A stretch of 64,000 nt of DNA from Podarcis erhardii (Eukaryota): assembly GCA_964252035.1 (NCBI GenBank), contig OZ176201.1; one strand, given 5' to 3'. This document shows, in pieces, positions 11,377 to 23,315 of this stretch (position 1 is its first letter; every line of letters begins with the position of its first letter). The translations under genes were made by a program, and so were the position numbers. The notes under the pieces were generated by a model. That model had not been told where the DNA came from. It worked only from the letters and a program-made list of their open reading frames with translations, and did no database searches.

Positions 11377-14373
11377 AGTTGTGGCCTAATTCGCCCAATT
11401 AACCTTACATACGGTGTCTTGTGTCTTTATTTATCCTGGTGGGGGCGGGAACTCGCCACGCAAGAAATGCTGGCCCAGAAAGGCCTTTGGTCTGATTCTA
11501 CAAGGCTCTTACATACTTATGATGAAAGAAAAGTGTCAAGTAGTGAGACCAGTGTTTGCTAAAGGATATAAAACTATGGCCAGTAAAAAAGGACTTCATT
11601 CCTGATTACTTCTTGTTTCACGCCTAGAAACCACATCCTGCTCTGCTGCCCCATTACTGTAGCTTACATCCTCTCCTCTGCTTCTCAGAATCCTCTTTGG
11701 TAGGTGACAAATGCTAATGGGGAGGGTTGCTCTTCATTATCACAAAGATAAATGTTCAATTCCCCCACTGCAAATCTCAAGTCCATTACCATGTGCTCAG
11801 TAAACATCTGTTGCCCCCCCCCCAATCCAAGGAAGTGTTGATTTCATTATAGAGCTGACAAAGATGTGGGCAATACAAACTGCAGAAGTAGAAAAAGTAA
11901 ATCTGAGCACCGCAGAAAATTGCTGATGGCACGAATTTATCTGTATATCCGCTTGTCCTTTTAGACAGCTCATCTGCAGCTGGGATCTCAGCATAGGATG
12001 CAACTCATCATAAAAAAACCCCTAAGAAGAGCACAGCTTTCATGTTGTGATTAGAGTATATATACTTTTCATTACACCATGCCATTCAAATTGCTTCCTG
12101 CTGTTGGCTGATCATCTGATGGGCTATTGTTCGCAAAGCAATTGCTGTATCTGAGCAAGTCTATAGGAAAAGAAAGCTTAGGAAGAGCTCACAATAGGAT
12201 GAGGCATTTGTCCCTTCTCAGGAATCAAATCAGATGACACAACAGGGAAGCTAAAACAAATATCTGCATGACTGAGCTCAAGCTCTGATCATCTGGGAAA
12301 GAGAGGGGCAAAAAGGCATCTGTTTTTTTATGAATATGAAATGGGACTCGTTGTGCCTGAGCAAAGAACTGGTGCATCTCTGCAAAATGAAAAGGAAGGA
12401 TGCAGATTAGAGTAGTGAAAGCAGGTTAGTAGCAGTTGCTAGAAAAAGGAAGAAATTGATCCTCCAATGTCTGAGGATAAGATTTTTTAAATGCAGAAGA
12501 TTTTAATATACAGCGTTTGGGGCGGCTGTAATCTAGAGATATATTTAAAGTTTCCAGCTCTCAGGAGAGGGTCAGTGCTTTTAACAACACTCCTCTAGGC
12601 ATACATTCAGTAGGATGCGTTTTATTACATTTTGATCCCACTCTTACTGCTGTTCTACACTGTGGTTAATATTTTGATAAATGATGTATCTCTTTTCCAG
12701 GCTTTTGGCTTACCATGATCATGGTTATTGCTGTTTCTCCATGTTTTGGGGGGTGTTATATTATTTGAAGCTTGAAGATTGATTTTACTTGTGTTTGTAA
12801 GTCGTCTAGAGATATTTTGTATTAGGTGACAAATAATTACAGTGCCCATGCTGCTTTTATGCAGCTCATATAATCCAGAATGCCCTTATTTTTCTCTCTC
12901 GTACACTGCATCATTACAGCATCATCAGTGCAGCAGACCCAGATCCTACCACTGGGAGTAGCGATGGGACCTTCAAACCTAAGATGTGAACATTGGTTAC
13001 CGGATGTTGTGCCTTACCAACAAAATGCTTTGCAAACAGATAGATTATGGCTTTTATTTTTTGCAATAAACCGCAAACTCTGGAAGCATTTGCATTTATT
13101 ATTTAGATGTAACTTTATTTTTTATTCTGATGCCCAGGTAACCACATTTGTTATAACAGCTAACACAATGTTATGTTATGGTTTATTTATATGCACCACT
13201 TCTGGGCCCAGAGTCCCCAAAGCAGTGAACAGTTTATTAATAGAAAATAAACATACAATAAAAGTACAATAAATGCCATCCATCAATCAACACACTATGA
13301 GTTCTGTCAAACCCATTTCCTCCCTACTTTTAAACTGTGTCTGTCAGAGGTGATTACCTAGAAACCCTCTAAGCAAAACAAATGGAATGGAGGAAGGAAT
13401 GAGAAATTGAGGAAGGGAGGGAAGGAGGAGGAGAATGAAGAAACACAACCACATTGCTCTGTGACCTCCATGATGGAGCAGGGTTCAAAGAAAATGGACA
13501 TCTATCTTGATAAACCCATTTTATATATCCTGATTTAAGTAGAAAACAGAGAGGTAATGAAATTGAAACAATAAAGTAGATATATTCCTGGTGGGGCAGT
13601 AGATATATTCCTGTTTACGTTAGGCAGCACTAAACAGTTGAAATGATTCCCAAGAAGTAATTTATCAAACTGCACAAAGTACTAATAAGACTGGACCAAG
13701 CAAGAAACCAAACACCTGTTGTATAGTATGATACAAGAATAGTTATTCCTGGAACACTGAGGAGTCTTGAGACTGTGCACAACCTCCACCTGCCTCAATT
13801 TCATCCCTCTGAACTTGGGTTTGCAGCAAGCCACAGTTTACTGTTGCATCGCAAACATGGCTTGCCATTACTACTTGTGTTCTGAGCACAGCAGAACCCA
13901 GATGACTGCATGTGGTAAACCAAGGATTTATGAATTACAAAACTCTCTGAAAGGAGTTAAATCAGAAGCATATACTGGCACAAGATAAATAACTTACAAT
14001 GTCTTTCAACTTATCCTTTGGGTCTAGCTCAAACTCTTGTGTCGCTGACATGATGATGTAGCAGCTGATTACCAGCAAGGAGTAGGTATATAAATTGAAT
14101 TCTGGTGCCACAAACCTGCATTCCAATCTGCTCCATCTTAACTGTGTCGGTATAAGGCATTTTGCCATGAAACATGACTGCCTAAGAAATGCCGTAAGGT
14201 GCAACAATAAATAAAACAATTGCATTGGAAAAGGGGACTGCTGTACTAAGAGACAATCTCCTAGTTGTTAAATTTGAGATATGAATTCTGCGTGAGTGCT
14301 ACCGTTAGCAGAGGACTGCAGGACTGATTTGTTGTTTAGCGTTGTCCATTTGGATGTTTTTCTTGTTTTACAG

Positions 14374-14394
14374 AGTCCTTCATCTCCAAATAAA
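14374..14394 (+). other. Candidate 21-nt microexon (SPSSPNK in frame 0)
   Basis: Strong acceptor tttttcttgttttacag and a GTTAGT donor, frame-preserving length. Host gene not identified. Confidence 0.3.
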
Positions 14395-15281
14395 GTTAGT
14401 TGGAGACTTCAAGTATTATTTATTATGTGAATATTATGCCTGAGGAATTGGATCACATCAGTCAGCTTTACTGGTCTGTTGGTGTCAGCAAATTGAGTTT
14501 CCTTTCTGAGCACATATTCCTGCTCCCAAACTCCTGATCAGGTTAAGCATTTGTGGTGGTGCTGCCTCTGCAGTCCCAGTAACTGCTCTGTTCTGTGTAC
14601 TTCATCGTACTGGTCTGAATTAGTAGAAGATAGGGGAAGAGTTTGTTTACAGTTCTGTGAGAAGCTTGTGGGTACGTTTCAGCCTCTGGAAATTCCTAAC
14701 ATTGCAAATTAATAAGATCAGATAATATAAAAGAAAAACACCTGGTATTGTTTTGAGTCCAATAAATGCTATTTTAGGAAATGAAACTGTGCCTTTTTCT
14801 GGATTATACCGCTTTTCCTTCTCGAATTTATTTAAGCTAAAAAAAGATAGCTATCAGCTATAAATTTAAATCACTAGGGCTACTGCTCATATTATAAACT
14901 ATATACCACCTACCCAGCTACTAGGGTAATCCATTTTCACCAAAGCATCATATAAGAGTGTCCTATAGGAATCCAGAAGTATAAGGAATTGAGCAAACTG
15001 TGAGGAAAAGTTAGCTGTGTATGTATGTGTTCTAGACAATGTGTGGGCATATCCATCCCTCCTTATTCCCATTGCAAGCTTTAGCTCATTATTGAGAGGA
15101 TGAGGTCTAGCACCAGTGGAAAAAATACAAGATTGTGGAAGCATCAATGAAGAAACAACTTAAAGAGTATGAGATATAGAAGATCCATTAAAAGGATCTC
15201 CAAGGTTTTGGGCAGGTCAGTTTTTTATTTTTAAAACTGAGGTGGGTTAGGAATATAGATGCATTACTCTTTCAGTTTCTC

Positions 15282-15396
15282 TTGTTGTTTAGTCATTTAG
15301 TCGTGTCCGACTCTTCGTGACCCCATGGACCAGAGCACGCCAGGCACTCCTGTCTTCCACTGCCTCCCGCAGTTTGGTCAAACTCATGCTGGTAGC
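15282..15396 (-). mobile_element. BovB (RTE) LINE 3' end, 5'-truncated
   Basis: Same sequence as 4700-4815. Confidence 0.8.
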
Positions 15397-16369
15397 ATGA
15401 ATTTCTCTTAGTTCTCCATATTAAATCCCCCACATTTCTGCAGCAATCTCATGAAACTCCATCAGCCTTTTACTGCAAAATTTCCCAGATGAACATTTTC
15501 ATATTCTGTTTTGGATATTATACACATTTTGCTTGCAAGAAATTTCTCCCTACCATAATGCATTTTGATCTCATTTTCACTAATAGGTGCATTTTTTGTA
15601 AATACTGCTCGGTTGAAGAACTGTGAATTTTGAATGATAATTGCTTTGATTCATCTATTGGTTTGAGAAATGTTAATTACTGTGTTTTCCTGTGTATAAG
15701 ACTAGGGTTTTCCCCCTTTAAAATAATATCAAATATTAGGGGGCGTCATACATGGATACATCTCCCCCATTTGCTTAAATCTGAGTTCCCAAGAATTGGG
15801 TTGTCTTATACATGGGGGCATCTTATAAGCAAAAAAATATGGTAGCTTATTTCTCATTAAAATGCAAACAAAATTGAATTTCTCCCCTATCCCTCATTGG
15901 GTATTAGATTAAAGCAGCTGCCCTGGTGGTTCCCTAATTGAAATTGCCTCCAAAACCTAGCGTTTCTTATTGTGGCAGAAGACATACAGGCACCATATGG
16001 TATGGGTCTGAATACCTGTATATCCTCCCACAGAACAAAACAACAACTGGACAGGGGAGTGCATATAAACCCGGGAAATGGCACAGACAAAGAAGTTAGC
16101 CCTCCTCCTGCAGGAGGGAGATACAGGACTGTTGCTGAACTCTTCATGAGTGTCCTGTTACTGGAGGGAGAGGCCTTCATTAGCAGCACCTATACAGATA
16201 TTGTGTGCATATTGCACCTGAGCTCTAAGCACATATGGGCTTGCCACACAATCTGGAAACCATGCCATACAGAGTGCAAATGTGCATAGACACTCCTTTC
16301 AGAAATTCTGGCTAATGCATGGAAATTGCATTTGGGACACAACTGTGTTAAGGGTAATGTGATTTATTA

Positions 16370-16810
16370 GCAACATAGGAAACTGCCATATACTGAGTCA
16401 CAACAATGGTCCATACAGCTCATTATTACCTACACTGGAGAGCCAGTGTGGTGTGGAGAGCCAGTGTGGTGTAGTGGTTAAGAGCGGTAGTCACATAATC
16501 TGGGGAACCGGGTTCGCGTATCCACTCCTCCGCATGCAGCTGCTGGGTGACCTTGGGCCAGTCACACTTCTTTGAAGTCTCTCAGCCCCACTCACCTCAC
16601 AGAGTGTTTGTTGTGGGGGAGGAAGGGAAAGGAGAATGTTAGCCGCTTTGAGACTCCTTAAACTAGGGAGTGAAAGGTGGGATATCAAATCCAAACTCTT
16701 CTTCTTCTTCACTGACTGGCAGTGGCTCTCCAGAGGTCTTTCCCAGCTGGGGATTGAACCTAGGAACTTCTGCATGCAAAGCAGATAGTCTACTGCTGAG
16801 TCATGGCCCT
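16370..16810 (-). mobile_element. Older tRNA-derived SINE split by the Squam3 insertion
   Basis: 16711-16810 contains ggattgaacctagg (B box on the minus strand). The flanks join across the insertion at a short duplicated cactg. Confidence 0.5.
16437..16710 (+). mobile_element. Squam3 (MIR/Ther1-derived) SINE with duplicated 5' 18-mer
   Basis: ggagagccagtgtggtgtagtggttaag head, ctgggtgaccttggg CORE, and a (ctt)n tail. Confidence 0.88.
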
Positions 16811-17203
16811 CTGCTATGGCTTTTTCATATTCTGTGTGTGAAAGGAGTGGCTGAATGTGGTTCTTGTCAGATCCCCAGTCTTCTGCAGTCCAAAGTGTGC
16901 AAAGGAAGGCAGAGTGAAATTTGAGGCAAATTCAGAGAGCCCAGCCCAGCTAAAATCATTGGTAAGCGTTTCAAGGGAAGCCTGAAAGTCCAAACCGTTT
17001 TCCTTCTTTACATTTCAAAACCCGCAAACTACGAGGGATATATTTAATACACCTAAGGCCCTATTAAATGTTTTCTACATCAAACGGGCCCTTGGCAACT
17101 ACTGAGTGGGAAAACTACTGCCCCAGATATTTAATTGGAGAGACGAACACTTAAAGTACCGAGAGAGGGGGAAGGGAGCTACCAGGAGCCACTGATACGA
17201 GAG

Positions 17204-17207
17204 CTTT

Positions 17208-17259
<52 letters not shown>

Positions 17260-17260
17260 T
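17204..17260. repeat. (cttt)n microsatellite
   Basis: Directly visible. Confidence 0.95.
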
Positions 17261-18752
17261 CACAATAGAACTGAATCTAATGCGTCAGGAAAGGCCATCT
17301 TGAAGAGCAGAGCAAACTCAGTCTCCTTGTTAAGATACGGGTGATTAGGAAAGATATTTCCCATGAGTGGTTCTTGAAGTGACGCTGTCAGCAGTTTCCC
17401 ATCCTTTTGGTCACAGCAAATACGCAAGAGTCATAGGGACTTTTAGAAAAGTAATTCCAGATCTCCCTGTTAGGCTCTGCTTCTCAAGATTATGGATATA
17501 GGTTTCTTTTTTTCTGTAGCAGCAGACACAATCTAGAGGATATTAGATAAAGAGACCTGGAGGACCCTAAAGGTAATGCTGATGTTTGCCACACTTGTTT
17601 TGCTCAGACTACTTACTTCTACAGATATTGTGGTCATGGTGAAAACTAGCAAGAATCCAGTGAATTCTGAGATATTGAGGACAACTGGGGAGGATGCTTA
17701 CCAGAATCTGCCACAAGTCCAGGAAGTGTTTAGTCACAAGACTGTGTGTACACACACAAACACACCTGTTGGTCCTCACATTCTGGCACACAGACCTGGG
17801 CTGCCTATGCGAATCTCAAAGCTTGGCCTGCCTTATGTCAAAATAAAAAAAATCAAAGAGAGTTAATGTTATATTTCACTACAGAAGACTTTAAGAACAC
17901 CTGCTTCATTAAATGCAGTAAGCTAAGTTGGCACAAATTAGGTATGACTACAGGTAAAGAAATTAAAAGGATGCAGCTGGAGTTGATTGGAAATGACAGC
18001 GGAAAGGAAAGGGGAAGAGCTTGGGAGAAGAGCAGGCTTCTAAAGCCAGCCTTTTAAGCTCCTTCCCAATTGGCCAGCAGGTCACACATGTTCCACCTTT
18101 CAACCACTGCTCTCTGGGAACTGTTCTCCCAAGTCCTCTTTGAGGAAGGAGGATGCAGGTAAATACACCCCTGCTGAAGAGTGGCAACAACATTGACTCA
18201 GTCATATTTTGGGCTAGATGGAATAAATGTTGCTGTTCCTTAGGACTGTGATGAAACTATGGACTCATGCTTTCTCCTTTCTCACACCCTTTCTCTCACA
18301 TGACCAGAGATTTTCATGATGTTTCAATTAACACACTACGGTTGGCAGTTTCTAGCCAAAGCAGAAACAGAAATCTAGCTCAGAACATGGTTTTCTGTCT
18401 CTGGTTTGGGTGGTAGGTGATAACAAGCAAGAAACAGAAATGGAAGATGTACACATGAGGTAGGAGGAAAGAAAGAAGAGCATGGGAATGAGAAAAAGGG
18501 TCCACAGCATGTTTCCTGTCCTTCAGACCATGAATTGGAGAATTATTTTTGGATCCCTGGAGTTGTAGTTCCTTTCCAGCTTGTTTTCCCTAGAACCTTG
18601 TCCTTAGAGGGTCCTGAAAAGAAGCAGAAAGAGGAAGAGAGGAAAGGTAGGAGAAAGGGCATGGAGACAAAACTTGTGATAAAACTATAGCCACTTCCAC
18701 TTGCCCAAGCCTCAAAAACATGGGTCCAAGCAGTTTTTCGTTTGTCCCGCTG

Positions 18753-18869
18753 CTTTCCCTGGGAAAACACACTGTTTACCGCTGAACAGGAGGAAGCATC
18801 AATCAGCAGAAAAACAGAGTGATGTTTGCTCCGATTCAGTGGTAAACAGTGAGTTTTCCAGAGGGAAAG
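18753..18869. mobile_element. Short palindromic MITE-like element
   Basis: ~34-bp imperfect inverted arms ctttccctgggaaaacacactgtttaccgctgaa / ttcagtggtaaacagtgagttttccagagggaaag. Confidence 0.55.
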
Positions 18870-20289
18870 TGGTGGAACAAGTGGGAGGGTGGACAAGCCC
18901 TAAGCCAAGCCTGAGTTGTAAACCATTGGGCAAGCCTCTGGTGAGAGCCAAACCAGAAGCATGGTTTCAGATAAGCCAAGCCATGGCTTAGCTCAGAGCA
19001 GCAGAACCAAACATGAAAAGCAGGTCTATTGGTTTTTTTAAAAAAAAGCACTTCTATGTGCCCAAGCCTTGCCCTCTGTCTTTCTTAACATAAACAAATA
19101 CAAACATGTCTGAACTGAGCCATAATATCTAGAAAGTTGGTGAAGCCATTATTCTGCAATAGATATCATGCTGGGTGTTTTGAAGCTCAGATGGTCTCAA
19201 ATTGATTTTGAGCCTGCTACAGCTGTTTATATTGGGAACTTTAAAAGAATGGTTAGTTGGCTTAAAATGGTGGATTTCATTAAATTTTGAAATCTGTTTT
19301 TCATATTTCAGAGGTTCTACCACCAGCTTCCTTGGAAGGCCCAAGCTGAGTGCATAATAAACAAAATATTTTTTTTAAAAAATCAATGAACAGTCCTTAC
19401 CCACCGCCTGCACACTCAATATTCAAAGAAGCTCAGAAGGAACTTTCCCTCCCTCTTAAATCCTATCTCTCTGCACAGTACACTGCCTAGCATTATATCA
19501 TACAACACAACCAAAAATGAATGCTTCTCTAAAGTGCTTCACACAATTGGGAATGAATCACATATGTAAAATAGATGCCTTGGTTTAAAGGCTAACTGAT
19601 TATTTTTCCCTGGGCCTTCTCGGTTCTGTTTATTTCACACCTGCAAAATCACAAAGCTATTTCTTTTGCCCAGTGAAAGGACTGGGCTCTACTCCTTAGG
19701 GGAGATAGCAAAAAATTCCCAGACTTGTCTGCCATGCAATTTAGAAGAAACTCTCTCTTGCCAGCTGCTTCCTACTAAAGTCAGAATCTCTGGAAAGGGA
19801 TTAAAAGGAGATTATTTCTTTTTTCTCACACTATTTTGTACATTATTTGCATCTCTGAGAGTGGGTGACACAGTCTGTCCACTTTCTTCATGCCAAGCAA
19901 CTGCAATCCCTTTCCTTCCCTTTCCCTCATTTTTTTTTAAAACGTCAGACTAATTTCTTTTGCCACATCCTTTTCCCCTTTATGCTGATTTCTTTCAAGT
20001 GCCAATTTATTTCAGCTTTCATATTTATCTCACCTTTTTATTTGCTTTTGAAGCAATGTCTGCCTTTGATGGACAAGGTAGAGCAAATGATTTGCAGCGT
20101 TTATGGTTTCCCCATCCCAACATTTCAAGCTCTCCACTCACAGGACAGAATTAAATAAGCACAGAGAGGATTTATATCATGTTCCAGCACATTAATGCAC
20201 CCCTCCGCATAGGATAGTCCTTCAAAGTTTGATCCTAAGTAGAGTTAAAACCAAATTTTGTCTAATGTAACATTTGAAGTGAATCTGGA

Positions 20290-20510
20290 AGTTAAGAAGA
20301 ACACAAGAGCTCTGCTGGATCAGAAGAAGGCCCCATCCAGTTCTTACAAGATGCCCTTGGAAGGTGATCAAAGAGGGCATGACCACAACAGCACTCCCCC
20401 AGTTGTGATCCATAGCAACTCATATTCAAAAGTATACTACTTCTGATATTGGAGGTACTATACAGCTTTATGGCTACTAATAATATAAGAAGAGGCACCA
20501 GCAAGAAATA
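20290..20510 (-). mobile_element. CR1-type 3' fragment, old
   Basis: aagagctctgctggatcagaagaaggccccatccag resembles the start of 9495-9830. Confidence 0.45.
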
Positions 20511-20582
20511 ATTTTGTCCATTTTATGCAGTGAACTGACTCAACCCAAGGTTCCCAGACCTGCCTGTAGATTCAAATGCAAG

Positions 20583-21030
20583 TCGCAGTCAGATTGGCTT
20601 AGTCATGTTCACAGAATGGAAGACGGCAGGATCACCAAGGATGCGCTCTGTGGGGAGCTGGCTTCAGGCACCAGGCCCATTGGCAGACCAACCTTGTGCT
20701 ACAAAGATGTCTGCAAACATGGCGTTAAGGCTGGCAGCAGCCACCCTGCCATGTGGAAATCCCTTGCAGACGACGGGCAGTCAAGTCGTGTATCCATAGC
20801 AATGGCCAGAGGAGGAATGACTGCTGGGAGCAGCACAGAGAGAAGAAGCACCATGGTGCATCTGCAATAGCACAACTAGACACCTTCATCTGCCCCAGCT
20901 GCAACAAAACATGTCTCTCCTGCCTTGCTCCCTGCAGCCACAGCAGGCACTCCAACTGTCCAACAGTTTGACCTGACCTCCAAGGGCTCACTCCTCCATT
21001 GTTTCTCAATACAAATGGATTCCAACCACA
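20583..21030 (+). mobile_element. RTE-clade LINE 3' end, decayed ORF2
   Basis: WLSHVHRMEDGRITKDALCGELASGTRPIGRPTLCYKDVCK, followed by a CPSC..C..H zinc-finger remnant. Both are typical of RTE C-termini. Confidence 0.8.
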
Positions 21031-21079
21031 GTGAGATTATGCACTTCTCTAAATTTTGCAGAGCATTTTTGCTGCACTT

Positions 21080-21465
21080 TTCAAAGTGTTGGTGCTGACC
21101 TTTAAAGCCCTAAACGGCCTCGGTCCATTATACCTGAAGGAGCGTTTCCACCTCCATCATTCTGCCTGGAAACTGAGGAGGTCCAGCGCCAAGGGCCTTC
21201 TGGCGGTTCCCTCACTGCGAGAAGCCAAGTTACAGGGAACCAGGCAGAGGGCCTTATCGGTAGTGGCACCCACCCTGTGGAACGCCCTCCCACCAGATGT
21301 CAAAGAGAAAAATAACTACCAAACATTTAGAAGACATCTAAAGGCAGCCCTGTTTAGGGAAGCATTTAATGTTTAATAGGTTATTTTATTTTAGTGTTTT
21401 GTTGGAAGCTGCCCAGAGTGGCTGGGGGGGTCCAGCCAGATGGGTGGGGTATAAATAAATTATTG
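21080..21465 (+). mobile_element. L2 LINE 3' end
   Basis: FKVLVLTFKALNGLGPLYL...RALSVVAPTLWNALP...FRRHLKAALFREAF, then the L2 3' UTR gctgcccagagtggctgg...ggggtataaat. Confidence 0.9.
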
Positions 21466-21480
21466 TTGTTGTTGTTGTTG

Positions 21481-21523
<43 letters not shown>
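21461..21523. repeat. (ttg)n/(tta)n microsatellite tail of the L2
   Basis: Directly visible. Confidence 0.95.
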
Positions 21524-21525
<2 letters not shown>

Positions 21526-22536
21526 CTCTCACTCCCATCTCCCCTGCACCTACGCCCCTCCCCCCCCCATTCTTTCTATGTCATGGCCTTTTTAGCTTAA
21601 TTCAGACTAACTCTGGCTTGTCAGCATGTGATCAAGACACGGCCTGCATATGCTGTTCATTTCTGTATTCCTGTTAGCTTTGAGCTCTAACAAATGCAAT
21701 GCTCATGTCTGACCAGCTCGTGTCTGACCAGCTTGACCAGGTCTTCAAAATCAGCGGTGGTTCTCATTCTACCTGTTCATGTATCTCACCTGCCACAGAA
21801 CATCTACTTCTGCCAATTAGCCCGACACACTGCAGACAATCCTGGGGTGAACACTTTAAGCAGAACATTGTCCACACCACTGGACCACACCATTATACCA
21901 CGTGAATAAAAAACACCTCTCACAAATGAACTCTGCAGGGGAAATTTGGTCTTGGTTGGTAAATGATCTTTTATGAAACATTGTCTGCCAGTATTGCTCT
22001 TCTCGTTGAAGAGTCCCAGAATGCTCCACAAAACAGCATGAAAACTGTTCCAAATGAATCAGTGGTTTAACACAAGGCTTTTAAAAACACAAATTTAGCA
22101 TATTCTGCTGCAATAGATTTTAAGAATCTATGCAAAATCAACTCTTTCACCCTAATCACTGATGCAGTAAATTTCCAGCTATCCAAGAGCCTTTAAGAAA
22201 GCCACTTCAATTAAATTCCATGTTAAGAACAAGAACCTAAGGTCATCCATAGTCAGCAGTTTTGTCCAGAAATGTGCTCTCATTTATACAGATTAGGAAA
22301 TACTGAAAACACACTGAGATGGCTAGACAAAACATTACTAAATTTAACCTGATGACTTGGTCTCCAGCTGAAGGCGAAACATGGAATGATTTTGTTGAAC
22401 TAAATTTCACTGAAATACTTTAGTTGTGACAAATCTGTCCCATTCGCTCAATGCAGCAGAAGTGCCACTAAAGTAGTCTGGATTGGAAATACAGGCTCCT
22501 TGAATGTTAAAAGGGAACTGTTAGGACAGACTGTTA

Positions 22537-22662
22537 CAGCAGGATGGGGAACCTCTGCTTTGCCATCCATTGCTTGGCTACAACTTTTGTCATCATGCTG
22601 GCCGGGGCTGCTGGGAGCCTGAGTCCAGTGACATATGGAGTGCCAAAGGTTGTCTACCTCTG
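22537..22662. mobile_element. hAT-type MITE, old
   Basis: caggatggggaacc start and ggttgtctacctctg end, with the internal ctacaact...gagtcca motif of common squamate MITEs. Confidence 0.5.
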
Positions 22663-22974
22663 AATTAAGGAAGACTGGCTTCACCAGAGGAAGATTTAGG
22701 GGAGCATGACCACTAGGCATGGGCCTCGGGGGCACTCCAGGGACCACCACAACTATGAGGTAGAATGGAATGTGAGAGTCGGCAGAGGGCACTGAATTTT
22801 GGCATCACACAGGGCGCCACTGAAATTTGAGATCCTAAGGTCTGCTACTGGCCTTGCGCCCTTTGTGCTGCCAGAAAACACAAGGCTCAAGCTTGGAAGT
22901 GGATGCCATCTAGGCTTCAGGGACTGACCAACACATACCTGGACATCCCTCCTACTCCTTTCTAGGTATGGGTG

Positions 22975-23315
22975 AATATGCCAACTTTGATTTCTCCCAC
23001 TCAGCTTCAGTTCTTTTATTTAAAAAACTCTTCGCATGAAACTTGCTCAGCATTTTGTGTGGGGTTTCCTCCTAATATGCACATTTTTGTCTAGTAAACA
23101 CATTTTCGTAAAGCAGTCCCCCCTGATATAATGAATTTTAAAGCTGATTAACTAATATATATGCATTCTATATTACTAATTATATTAGTTTTCCAACATA
23201 GGCATTTTTAGGCACACTTTACCCTAGTATATGCAATTTTGTATGCATTAGTTGGCTGGAAAGCTGCATTGCAAAATTCAGAGAAGTATGCCCATTGTTT
23301 TAGAAAGTGTGAATT
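22975..23315. mobile_element. AT-rich squamate interspersed repeat; related pieces at ~6500-6700, 8985-9090, 15440-15640 and 49080-49250
   Basis: Recurring cctaatatgcacattttt / aatgtgtatatt motifs. Class not determined. Confidence 0.4.

Larger units (their letters stand above)
10666..11460 (+). mobile_element. Non-coding mini-element related to the Ngaro/DIRS-type element at 58.2-62.2 kb
   Basis: A GC/CpG-rich island. It shares ttggcggt(t)aggcattggt, ccgttaaagg, tgtccgaa, accaatgcct, aataaagttgtggcc and a G-rich ...ctc..cac end with the minus strand of 58195-58680. No TSD was seen. Confidence 0.7.

Noticed and set aside
11519-11605. C/D-box snoRNA (atgatga...ctga)
   Set aside because: No terminal stem, no clear C'/D' boxes and no recognisable guide.
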